DNA from: a virus | Direction: 5' to 3' (one strand) | IMG/VR virus record: IMGVR_UViG_3300021142_000023 | Location: 1-64,000 of that record | DNA: 64,000 bases | In this document: positions 19,789 through 28,466 of the stretch, one piece after another | Numbering within the stretch: position 1 is the stretch's first letter | Layout: each line of letters starts with the position of its first letter | Program-made: the position numbers and the translations under genes | The notes under the pieces: generated by a model | Seen by the model: the letters and a program-made list of their open reading frames with translations, nothing else | Database searches by the model: none | Told to the model about the DNA's origin: nothing

Positions 19789-20501
19789 GTCACTCTAAAC
19801 TTAGTAAAATAGGCGTTATTGGTACACAATGTGTCGGCAAGTCTACACTTGTTGATGATATGATATTACAGTGGCCTCAGCTTACTCGACCTGAAAAGTC
19901 GTACCGCGATCTTATTAAGAGTAAAAAACTTAAGATCAACAAAGAGGGTAATAAAAAATCTCAAGAAACTATACTCAATTTTCTTGTAGATGAAGCGATG
20001 GCTAACTACGGTAAGAAGAAAATGATATTTGACCGTACGCCTATTGATAACTTAGTTTATTCTTTATGGCTTTTTGAAAAAGGCTTAGGAGACATTGACG
20101 AAGCATTCATTGATAGATGTGTTAAGCAAGTACGTGAAGCGGTTAAGTTTTATTCTGTTATATTCTATATACCTTTAACTAAAGAAAACGACGTACTCCT
20201 TCAGACTAAAGAGAATAGAGATATTGATCCTGTTTATCGCGGGGAAATCGCTTTAATACTTGATGGCTTATTTAAGGCTTGGGAAAGTGGTAAGTCTGGG
20301 TTCTTTGATGCAGATGATTGTCCGCCTATCATACCTGTATACGGTACACCATTAGAGCGTATCGCAATGATTAATCTTTATATTAACGATAAATGCGAGT
20401 TTTTCGGTGAAGAGGATTCCTTAATACAAAAAGATATAGTAGAACAGCAAATGCTTGCTGATCAACTAGGTATTACGGATAAGAAACAGTTCAAATTATA
20501 G
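19785..20501 (+). CDS. P-loop nucleotide-kinase-like protein (AAA_28/NadR-kinase type)
   Basis: GTQCVGKST, IFDRTPID..Y, R.ID..YR. Confidence 0.75.
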   Translation: MSHSKLSKIGVIGTQCVGKSTLVDDMILQWPQLTRPEKSYRDLIKSKKLKINKEGNKKSQETILNFLVDEAMANYGKKKMIFDRTPIDNLVYSLWLFEKGLGDIDEAFIDRCVKQVREAVKFYSVIFYIPLTKENDVLLQTKENRDIDPVYRGEIALILDGLFKAWESGKSGFFDADDCPPIIPVYGTPLERIAMINLYINDKCEFFGEEDSLIQKDIVEQQMLADQLGITDKKQFKL

Positions 20502-20516
20502 TAAGTATTATATCCT

Positions 20517-21137
20517 ATGAAATTTGATGATGCTATTAACTATATTGCTGAAAACACTCTCGATTTAGAGATGGCTAAGCCAAAGAACCCTGAAATTGAA
20601 GAGCTCGTTAAAAAAGGTATACCTTACTGGAGAGCACGTCAGGACGTGCTAGCACGTCAGACGGTCAATAAGAGTGGGGCTAGTGCAGCACCTCAAGCAG
20701 CTCCTACTACTGAACCAGCTGGTATGAAGTATAAAGAGTTACCAGACACACTTAGGACTAAAGATGCAGTAGCAACTTATTTACAACACAACCCGGGTGC
20801 TACACCTGAAGAAGTGATGGCTGCTATTGGTTCTCAAAATTCAGAAGAAACACCTCTTAACCTAGATCCAGAAGTTGTTAAAGCAGCAATTGCTGATGTA
20901 CAAACCGGTGGTGGGGATGAGCAAGAGCCTGATCCAGAAGCTTTACGTAAAGCAGAACTTCAAGCAAAGTACGATAGAGTGCGTCAAGCACTATACAAGA
21001 TGCATGGTTTCAAAACTAAAGGACGTCCAGGTAGAAAAGTAACTGCTGACGAGCCTGAAGAAGAACCAGGCGAGATTGATTACAATGAACCTAAGATCAA
21101 TATGCGCGACGAGCCAGTTGACCCTACTGAGCTATAA
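20517..21137 (+). CDS. Putative internal head protein
   Basis: TAAGTA 9 nt upstream; MKFDDAINYIAE..LDLE; acidic, low-complexity sequence. Confidence 0.55.
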   Translation: MKFDDAINYIAENTLDLEMAKPKNPEIEELVKKGIPYWRARQDVLARQTVNKSGASAAPQAAPTTEPAGMKYKELPDTLRTKDAVATYLQHNPGATPEEVMAAIGSQNSEETPLNLDPEVVKAAIADVQTGGGDEQEPDPEALRKAELQAKYDRVRQALYKMHGFKTKGRPGRKVTADEPEEEPGEIDYNEPKINMRDEPVDPTEL

Positions 21138-21582
21138 GATATTTTTCGGTAAGTACAATAAATTTCATACCTTTTTTAGCCGCGTAATCGCTCGCGGCTT
21201 TCCATTTGCACTGATTCTTGTGGTACATTAAGTGTTCGTACAAGACAGTGCTTTTTTTCTTTTTGTTTGATTGTACCGGTGGTAAAGTCTGGGAATGTGG
21301 TTTCAACTCTATCAAATATTTTTGTACAGTGCCATCTTTCTGCTTGATAGCTGCTATCAAATCTACATAATAGTTATGTACTTTATGGTCAACATCATTA
21401 TAATAAGGCACTACTATACCTTCACTTGCCCAAGCAGTGACATTAGGGTTTTGATCAAAAAACAAAAAGAAATCTCTTTCTAATGCAGATCTGTATACAG
21501 GATTACTTGAACCCATATATTTATTTTTATTTATAGGTGAATAAATTCCCTGAATATACTTGTTATTTTTTGAAACACCCAT
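21124..21582 (-). CDS. gp4: Head completion nuclease (gp4, TnsA-like)
   Basis: QGIYSPINKNKYMG..YRSALE, WASE, YYVD, IELKP, KWKAA. Confidence 0.9.
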   Translation of the reverse strand: MGVSKNNKYIQGIYSPINKNKYMGSSNPVYRSALERDFFLFFDQNPNVTAWASEGIVVPYYNDVDHKVHNYYVDLIAAIKQKDGTVQKYLIELKPHSQTLPPVQSNKKKKSTVLYEHLMYHKNQCKWKAASDYAAKKGMKFIVLTEKYLIAQ

Positions 21583-21598
21583 ATACTATATTTACTTT

Positions 21599-22615
21599 AT
21601 GATTATTCCTCAAAACTTTATAATACAGACCTTCTTCCAATATGCGAAGAGACCTGTATTTAGAAAGAATACTAACACGTATGCTGGGGAATGTCCATAC
21701 TGTCATGAAGGTAAGAGTGCGGGTAAAAAACGTAGATTTTACTATATAGCAGAAGATGACCATTTGTTTTGTCATAACTGTAGTGAAAGCAAAAACGGAT
21801 TAGAGTTTGTAAAAGATATGACTGGTTTATCTGTTAGTGAAATACTAGCAGAGTCTGGTAGTCATGCTGATACAGTTGAAGAGCTTATTAAGAAGTCAGA
21901 TTTTTATAAGAAAGCTAATCCTAACCCTTTACCCTACGATAGTATTAACTTATTTGACGGTAATCAGGTATCGTTTTATAAAGAGAACCAGGTAGTTAAG
22001 GATGCTCTTGAGTTTATTAACAAGAGACGCTTAAACACCGCTATTAATAAGCCTAAATCGCTTTGGATCAGCTTGACTGATATGACCCATAAAAATAGAG
22101 TGGTGTTTCCGTTTTATAATACAGAAGGTAAAATTATAACTTATCAATCGAGAGCTTTATACAAAGAAGACGAAGATAAAGCAAAGTACCTATCTAAGGT
22201 TAATAGTGATAAGGGAGTGTTTAACTTAGATAAAGTATCTTCTGATATAGAATATATATTCCTACAGGAAGGACCTATTGATGCTATGTTTTTGCGTAAT
22301 AGTGTAGCATTAGCTGGTATACACCCTACTCAAGAGCAGTTAGAATTGATACGTAAGTCGTACCCTATGCACGAACTAGTTTATGTGCTAGATAATCAGT
22401 GGGCAGATAAGACTTCTTACAAAGTAACTAAAGAGCTCTTAGATAAAGGAGAGTCTGTATTTATTTGGCCTAAAGAATGTAGTCAATATAAAGATTTAAA
22501 CGAACTCTGTACTAAACAAAAACAAGACGAAATACAATATACTAATATTGTACAAAACACGTATAAAGGTATGAGAGGATTAATACAATACTCTCAGATC
22601 AAAAGGCCTGCTTAG
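21599..22615 (+). CDS. gp61: DNA primase (gp61); start revised to 21599
   Basis: Zn finger CPYC..CHNC, TOPRIM EGPIDAMF, LDN, KDLNE; promoter TTGTTA-N16-TATACT upstream. Confidence 0.92.
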   Translation: MIIPQNFIIQTFFQYAKRPVFRKNTNTYAGECPYCHEGKSAGKKRRFYYIAEDDHLFCHNCSESKNGLEFVKDMTGLSVSEILAESGSHADTVEELIKKSDFYKKANPNPLPYDSINLFDGNQVSFYKENQVVKDALEFINKRRLNTAINKPKSLWISLTDMTHKNRVVFPFYNTEGKIITYQSRALYKEDEDKAKYLSKVNSDKGVFNLDKVSSDIEYIFLQEGPIDAMFLRNSVALAGIHPTQEQLELIRKSYPMHELVYVLDNQWADKTSYKVTKELLDKGESVFIWPKECSQYKDLNELCTKQKQDEIQYTNIVQNTYKGMRGLIQYSQIKRPA

Positions 22616-23484
22616 CGAGTCGTAATCTTGCTAGTAGCGTCGTGAATCTTTTTACTAGAACTTGTAACAACTGTTTTAAATAGTTCTGCTAAGCCACGTA
22701 AGTTTTCAGCTAACTTAGTAATACGTTTTTCTTCACGGCGAACAATACCCTTAAAAGGAATAGAGTTGCGCATTTCTAATGCATTAATTTGAGCATTTAA
22801 ACTATGCTCATCAGCACCATTAATGAATGTTGCCATGTCGTCAAGCTTCTTGATCCACTCACGTGCTTTAGCAACGCCTTCTGTATCAAGCTTGAGAGCT
22901 GGGTTTGATGCTCCATCAAAAGCCTTAGGATCGGTTTTTGGGTCCAAGGATTTAGCCCAGCCAGCGTGGTCGTCGCCGCCTGCTTGAGCAGGGGCTGCCG
23001 GCGCCGGTGCTGGGGTTGGAGCTGGTTTAGCTTCTTGAAAATTTTCTTCTAATGCCTCTTGAACGTTCTTTGCAAATTGTGCCATGTGACGGGTATGAGG
23101 ATTCTTACTGTGTACAGCTTTGTTTAACTTTGCAGCAGGAATCTTTTCGCCTTGCGGCACGTGTAAAGCTTTATGTAAACCGCCTTTTTTAACATGTGCG
23201 TGTTGAATCCATTTCGGGTCGTTTTCTTTAACAGGAAATTCCTCGCCACCTAACTCAAAAGTATCTTTACCAGCTTCTTTAGCTTTTTGATCTTTAAAAT
23301 GTAAAACCCCGGCACCTTCTTTGTCTAAGACTTTACCTTTTTCCTTGACTGGAAATGTTTCATCGCCTAACTTAAATGAGTCTTTACCAGCTTTTTTAGC
23401 CTCTACATCCTTTAAATGCATAATACCAGCGTTACTCTCTTTGCCCAAGGATTCATTAAAAGCGGTTATAAACTGATTCTTCAT
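22612..23484 (-). CDS. Modular putative internal head polyprotein; start revised to 23484
   Basis: TAAATA 6 nt before the ATG; MKNQFITAFNE; two repeats ending FPVKE; basic KWIQ module. Confidence 0.6.
   Translation of the reverse strand: MKNQFITAFNESLGKESNAGIMHLKDVEAKKAGKDSFKLGDETFPVKEKGKVLDKEGAGVLHFKDQKAKEAGKDTFELGGEEFPVKENDPKWIQHAHVKKGGLHKALHVPQGEKIPAAKLNKAVHSKNPHTRHMAQFAKNVQEALEENFQEAKPAPTPAPAPAAPAQAGGDDHAGWAKSLDPKTDPKAFDGASNPALKLDTEGVAKAREWIKKLDDMATFINGADEHSLNAQINALEMRNSIPFKGIVRREEKRITKLAENLRGLAELFKTVVTSSSKKIHDATSKITTR
23224..23430 (-). repeat. Intragenic tandem repeat, two ~29 aa copies offset by 117 nt
   Basis: GIMHLKDVEAKKAGKDSFKLGDETFPVKE versus GVLHFKDQKAKEAGKDTFELGGEEFPVKE. Confidence 0.85.
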
Positions 23485-23541
23485 ATACATTATTTACTAC
23501 TTTTCTATTGAATTTCTATTGATCTATATTATTATAACCAT

Positions 23542-24285
23542 ATGTCAAAAGCATTAGTCATATTATCAGGTGGAATGGACAGCTCTATATTACTTCACTA
23601 TGTAACTAAGAAGCTTAATTACGATGAAGTATATGCTATTACGTTTAACTACGGGCAACGGATTATTCGAGAAATCGACTGTGCAAAGTATCAGGTAGAT
23701 GCTTGCAAAGTTAAAGAACATAAGATAGTAGATATGGATTTCTTTAGAAGTATATCCACTATGTCTGCTTTAACCAATACCAATCTAAATATTCCAAAAG
23801 CTAAAGATGATATTGGTAATGCACAGCCTTTAAGCTATGTTCCTTTTAGAAATTTACTTCTACTTACAACGGCTGCTGGTTGGGCTGAATCTATTGGGGC
23901 TTCAGACCTGTTTTACGGTGCAGTACAAACTGACGACTTCTCGGGTTACTGGGACTGCACGTCGTTATTCCTTAATAAGGTTAACGAACTATACAGTCTT
24001 AACCGTAAAAACGTTATTAAAGTTAATGCACCTTTTATGCAGTTCTCTAAAGAAGAGGTTGTCACAACAGGTATTGAACTAGGTATTAACTTTAAGCAAA
24101 CCCATACATGTTACGAGGGTAAAGAAGTAGCATGCGGAGAGTGTGTATCATGTTCAGCAAGATTAAAAGCTTTTATAGATAATAAAATAATAGACCCAAT
24201 ACCTTATGCAAAAGAAGTACCTTGGTCTAAATACGATTGTAAACCTTATACTAAATCAACATATGTGCGGAATAGCGGGCAGTAA
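23542..24285 (+). CDS. queC: 7-cyano-7-deazaguanine synthase
   Basis: LSGGMDS, FNYGQR, YVPFRN, YWDC, TCY..CGECVSCSAR; promoter TTGAAT-N16-TATTAT 6 nt before the ATG. Confidence 0.96.
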   Translation: MSKALVILSGGMDSSILLHYVTKKLNYDEVYAITFNYGQRIIREIDCAKYQVDACKVKEHKIVDMDFFRSISTMSALTNTNLNIPKAKDDIGNAQPLSYVPFRNLLLLTTAAGWAESIGASDLFYGAVQTDDFSGYWDCTSLFLNKVNELYSLNRKNVIKVNAPFMQFSKEEVVTTGIELGINFKQTHTCYEGKEVACGECVSCSARLKAFIDNKIIDPIPYAKEVPWSKYDCKPYTKSTYVRNSGQ

Positions 24286-24919
24286 ATACAGAACACAAGC
24301 GTTTGAGCATTACAAAGATAATCTCAATAGAGGTTATTATAGCTCTGGTGCGTTAGTAATAGACACTAACGGTCAGTATACTACTAAAAAAATATTAGGC
24401 ACGTTTAAGGAACCTATAGACTGTTTTAATTCACCAGGTATACACACACGCGGTCAATATTTTTTGTACCATTCTCGCGGACCCACTGTTGAAACAAGAG
24501 AGTTTGAGACAGAAAACAATCATCCGTTTTTTTACGGTGATTGGGTAGTTGCACATAACGGTATTATTAGCAATTTTGAGAGTTTATGTAGAGAGTACTT
24601 TCCAGACGAAGATTTTACCGGCAGAACCGATAGCTGTATTATTCCTCGTATGCTAGAAATTAAACCGCAAGTATCAGATGCTATTGAAGCACTTAAAGGT
24701 ACGTATGCAATCTGGGCTTTTAATACAAAATATAAAAAGACTTGGTTAGCTAAGAGTGGTAGTACTTTATTTGCAAATACTAAAACAGGGGATTTTTCAT
24801 CTACAGAATTTGACGAAAGTACACCTTTAAATGAAGGTATTATATATGCTGTACAGGATTATAATAGTATAGTGCCGGCTGGAAGATTTAAGCACAAATC
24901 TCCATACTTCATATTCTAA
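24263..24919 (+). CDS. Class II (Ntn) glutamine amidotransferase; start revised to MCGIAG at 24263
   Basis: N-terminal catalytic Cys, HSRGPT, NHPF, AHNGII, TDS; overlaps the end of queC. Confidence 0.9.
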   Translation: MCGIAGSKYRTQAFEHYKDNLNRGYYSSGALVIDTNGQYTTKKILGTFKEPIDCFNSPGIHTRGQYFLYHSRGPTVETREFETENNHPFFYGDWVVAHNGIISNFESLCREYFPDEDFTGRTDSCIIPRMLEIKPQVSDAIEALKGTYAIWAFNTKYKKTWLAKSGSTLFANTKTGDFSSTEFDESTPLNEGIIYAVQDYNSIVPAGRFKHKSPYFIF

Positions 24920-24927
24920 ATATATGC

Positions 24928-25296
24928 ATGCCCTCACGCAAAGCACCCGAAAGAAATACCGCTATAGACTATATCAATAGGGATATAGTTAACGTTAAAG
25001 AAGATCTAGCCAATATAAGCAAGATTGTTCGAGACGGTAATGGTCACCCGAGTTTAATGCAACAAGTTGCAACACTTAACAATGACTTGACGCATTTAAG
25101 AACAGAAATGGATAGTCGTTTTAATGAAACTCGAGACCTAATGGAAGTATACCATAACGAAATGTACTCCGCTATTAATAAGTGTGATGCAAAACACCAA
25201 AAACAGCAAGGCTTACATTGGCATATGCAAACAGCTATTTGGGTTGCTTTAATAAGCAGTGTAACTGATTTATTAATTCATTTTTTCGGGAAATAG
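24928..25296 (+). CDS. Coiled-coil protein with a C-terminal membrane anchor (possible lysis protein)
   Basis: Helical N-terminus plus AIWVALISSVTDLLIHFF; TAAATA 5 nt upstream. Confidence 0.5.
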   Translation: MPSRKAPERNTAIDYINRDIVNVKEDLANISKIVRDGNGHPSLMQQVATLNNDLTHLRTEMDSRFNETRDLMEVYHNEMYSAINKCDAKHQKQQGLHWHMQTAIWVALISSVTDLLIHFFGK

Positions 25297-25338
25297 TAGT
25301 AGATTTATTTTTATAAACCTTTATAATGTAAGCACTAT

Positions 25339-25599
25339 ATGAAAGGCTTACAGTTAAATACAGAAGAGAAACAACTACTTGTAGAATCACTACTGTTTAC
25401 GGCTAGTTGTGATGTGTGTTCAGATCACACCGCAGCACATCGTAAGCGTATACTCGATCTTGCAGAAAAAATAAATGACAAGAATATAAAGCTGCATAAT
25501 ATTTTTATCTATAAAACTGGTATTAGTGATGACGTAACACTAGACGAGATTGCTAAGAAGTTTCCTAACGTTCCTCGCGAAACTATCATACAAGACTAA
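25339..25599 (+). CDS. Hypothetical protein
   Basis: 86 aa; promoter TAGATT-N16-TATAAT upstream. Confidence 0.65.
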   Translation: MKGLQLNTEEKQLLVESLLFTASCDVCSDHTAAHRKRILDLAEKINDKNIKLHNIFIYKTGISDDVTLDEIAKKFPNVPRETIIQD

Positions 25600-26285
25600 T
25601 GAACGTTTATATTGGTTTTTGTTCTACTGCTACCTCCTACTCTAATCTCAAGGAGAGAAGTAAATTCACTATCGTTAATAGTGAAGGCTTAGAAAATGTT
25701 AAAATCGCAAATGGGGCTTTTAATAATAAGACTGCTATTGCTAAGGTTTATAACTCTTTTATTAACTCCCTTAAAGACGAAGACTGTATATTAGTACTAG
25801 CACATGATGATGTTGTTATTACTGATGAAAAATGGATAGAAAAACTAAAACAAGCCTTAAAACAATATGACGTGGTGGGTTTAGCAGGCGGGGTTAACCC
25901 TAAAATACAAGCACCTGCATTGTGGCACTTAATGTGTGCTAAGGAAGACTTAAAAGGCGGTGTTAACCATGTAGATATGGGTAAAAACAGTGTATTTAAC
26001 ACCACATTTGGTAAAAATGGTAGAGTGGCTCTTTTAGATGGTTTGTTCTTAGCATTTAACCCTAAAAAAATATCTGAAGTTGGTGTTAACTTTGATGAAA
26101 CATGTCCATCTAAATTCCACTTCTACGACCTAGACTTTAGTTTACAATGTAATAAAGCTAAACTTAAACTTGGTACCACTAACATTGGTGTTACACATGC
26201 TTCCCCAGGTCTACAAAACTATTCAGACGAATTTAGACTTGGACAAGACTGGTTTATTAACAAAGCAAGAACTGGACAATATTAA
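25599..26285 (+). CDS. GT2-like glycosyltransferase
   Basis: IAKVYN, LAHDDV, VVGLAG, LDGLFLA, FHFYDLDFS, VTHAS.G. Confidence 0.8.
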   Translation: MNVYIGFCSTATSYSNLKERSKFTIVNSEGLENVKIANGAFNNKTAIAKVYNSFINSLKDEDCILVLAHDDVVITDEKWIEKLKQALKQYDVVGLAGGVNPKIQAPALWHLMCAKEDLKGGVNHVDMGKNSVFNTTFGKNGRVALLDGLFLAFNPKKISEVGVNFDETCPSKFHFYDLDFSLQCNKAKLKLGTTNIGVTHASPGLQNYSDEFRLGQDWFINKARTGQY

Positions 26286-26306
26286 TTTTTATAATACAAT
26301 ACTACT

Positions 26307-26888
26307 ATGATTATCAAAGACCAAACTATCTATAACGGCGATTTTATTCACAAGCGTTTTGCTTACAAGTATTTTAGAGATAAGACTCTAGCTGTGGGTA
26401 ATATTGTTAGCTATGTTGCACCCGTAGAAGTTACATTAAATCTTATCGATTTAGAAGATTCTTTAGAAAAAGACTATATCTATAGTGAATCTATGATTAA
26501 CTTCTGTTGGGAAATACCTAACTTAGATCCATTCGGTGCAGTTTGTTTTCAGCGTTTGTTTAATACAGCAATTGCTAATACTTTACATACGTATATTAAG
26601 AAGCCTATCGAAATGAAGGGCGACGACTTGATTGTTCACGGGGAATTTACACAAGGCGGTGTAGTACAACAAAAAGGTAAAGCTTCGGTTAGTATTACGT
26701 ACTCTAAAGACAACGTAGCTATTGGGCATACCGGTATTAATATTACTGCTGGTAAACAAGCACCTGCTTTTGCGTATAGCACAAACTTAACACCTGAGCA
26801 AGCAGAGAAGTTTCAGTTACAAGTGCATCAGCAATTTTACCAGATGGTAGATAACATCTTTGTTGCTACTTCTAAGGTGATTGTTTGA
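26307..26888 (+). CDS. DUF366-like protein (biotin/lipoate-ligase, class II aaRS-like fold)
   Basis: YNG..IH..FAY, LIDLED, I.S..MINF..E, FQRLF, GDDLIV, KASVSI, GHTGINI match DUF366 as recalled; promoter TGGACA-N16-TACAAT 6 nt before the ATG. Confidence 0.75.
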   Translation: MIIKDQTIYNGDFIHKRFAYKYFRDKTLAVGNIVSYVAPVEVTLNLIDLEDSLEKDYIYSESMINFCWEIPNLDPFGAVCFQRLFNTAIANTLHTYIKKPIEMKGDDLIVHGEFTQGGVVQQKGKASVSITYSKDNVAIGHTGINITAGKQAPAFAYSTNLTPEQAEKFQLQVHQQFYQMVDNIFVATSKVIV

Positions 26889-27285
26889 TATGTTTACACA
26901 TTTAAACAACATATTATACAAAAAACATCCTGATAAAGAGCTGACTAGCATTAACGAGGATAAGGAATTTCAACCATTCCTTATCCAGCGTTGGTGTACT
27001 ATGTATTCTACGTCTATTACGTCATTAGTTAATGATACTACTAATAGATACTGGAAAATCCTTGAGAACAATAAAGATTGGTACGCTGCACTAGACACAG
27101 TTATACCGACTTGTAGATTCAAAAAGATTTCATATATTAAAAAGACTAAAAAAGAAGCAGTTAAGAAGTCTAATGAAACATTATTAAAGATTGCAAGTAA
27201 TCTTGAAATTTCCAGTAGAGAAGTAAGTCAATACATAGAACAGTTTAATTTAAAAATTCCAAATGAAGAAAAATCTAACCTATAA
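26881..27285 (+). CDS. gp62: Clamp loader small subunit (gp62-like)
   Basis: FQPFLIQRW.TM..N, I.KKTKK, LEISSREVSQY pattern. Confidence 0.7.
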   Translation: MFDMFTHLNNILYKKHPDKELTSINEDKEFQPFLIQRWCTMYSTSITSLVNDTTNRYWKILENNKDWYAALDTVIPTCRFKKISYIKKTKKEAVKKSNETLLKIASNLEISSREVSQYIEQFNLKIPNEEKSNL

Positions 27286-27721
27286 AGTCGAAAAAGATCT
27301 AAAAGCTCAAGGCATTAATGCTGAAGACCGGGAAAAAGCTTTGAGAGCTAATGAAGACGTACAAACAGATAATGTCAAAGGTCTTGTACAGCTTGACAAT
27401 TACATGGGTTCTGATATTAATCTTAGTGATTGGAAACTTGAATCACTTTTAGATGATATCATGATGTGTCAATTTGCAGATTGTAATGAAGATAACACTC
27501 AAATTATGAGAGACGGTATTTTTGTACCGGTTAACATGGTTCAATCTGCTTGGCGTGTAGCTAAAGTTATTATTGCAGGACCGCGTTGTAAGACTAAGGT
27601 TGGAGAACACGTAATATTTCCAAGTAACTTCGGTATTAAATGCGCAAAGATGAATGGATTAAAAAACATTGTATTTCTTAATGAAGAACGCATCTTTGGC
27701 CGTGCAACCCCTGCTAAGTAA
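27263..27721 (+). CDS. GroES-like co-chaperonin
   Basis: DDIMM..GIFVP..AKVIIAGP..KVGEHVIF..FLNEERIFG. Confidence 0.75.
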   Translation: MKKNLTYKVEKDLKAQGINAEDREKALRANEDVQTDNVKGLVQLDNYMGSDINLSDWKLESLLDDIMMCQFADCNEDNTQIMRDGIFVPVNMVQSAWRVAKVIIAGPRCKTKVGEHVIFPSNFGIKCAKMNGLKNIVFLNEERIFGRATPAK

Positions 27722-27726
27722 TATGT

Positions 27727-28101
27727 ATGTCTCCAGGAGCACTAGAACAAATTTTAAACGGCCATGCGGTCGAATTAAGATTTGATAGACGGAGACCTTT
27801 ACCTGGTAATACAGTAAGAAGAATGCTTGCGACTAACGATACAAACCTACTTAATAGTATGCCAGGTCGTATGGCATTGAACTTTCATGGTGCGCCTGGA
27901 AGATTAAAGTTTAGCCCTGAACAAAGAGGTTTAGTTATGACTTGGGACATCCTTATGCAGGATTTTAGGTTAATCCCTGCAGAAAACGTTCAAGTAGTAA
28001 GAGCAATAAAGACTACACCACCAGACGAATTTTGGGATTTTTTTAATAGAGTACTATCTAAAATGTCAGAGGGACAAAAAGTCTCATTCATGCACACATG
28101 A
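27727..28101 (+). CDS. SH3-like protein (WYL_2/DUF2693-like)
   Basis: VELRF.RR..VRRMLAT, VMTWDI..QDFRLI. Confidence 0.55.
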   Translation: MSPGALEQILNGHAVELRFDRRRPLPGNTVRRMLATNDTNLLNSMPGRMALNFHGAPGRLKFSPEQRGLVMTWDILMQDFRLIPAENVQVVRAIKTTPPDEFWDFFNRVLSKMSEGQKVSFMHT

Positions 28102-28430
28102 CCGATAAAATTGATACATTATTAAAGCCATTATTGCAAAGAGATGTTGTTTTTAGTTTTAAACAAAAAAACTACAAAAGCGGCAAGCTACTGCTATACA
28201 AGCTTTCCGGGAATTACCTATCTTTTATTCTAGTTAACGAAAAGAAAAGAGAAACATTCGAAATACCGTTTCCTTATTCAGCATATTTTGAAAAAAACAA
28301 GGTATACTTTGATTACAAGCTTGAAACACTTGCTGAAAACGACTTTGACTTATTAATAACATTAAAAGGTGTTAATAAGATTAAAAATAGTCGGTTTTAT
28401 GATAGCGTTATGACCATTTCGTCCTTGTAA
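28098..28430 (+). CDS. Hypothetical protein
   Basis: 110 aa; ATGA overlap with the upstream gene. Confidence 0.65.
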   Translation: MTDKIDTLLKPLLQRDVVFSFKQKNYKSGKLLLYKLSGNYLSFILVNEKKRETFEIPFPYSAYFEKNKVYFDYKLETLAENDFDLLITLKGVNKIKNSRFYDSVMTISSL

Positions 28431-28466
28431 TTTTTATATTTTACTGTATACTCTATCTTTTAATTA

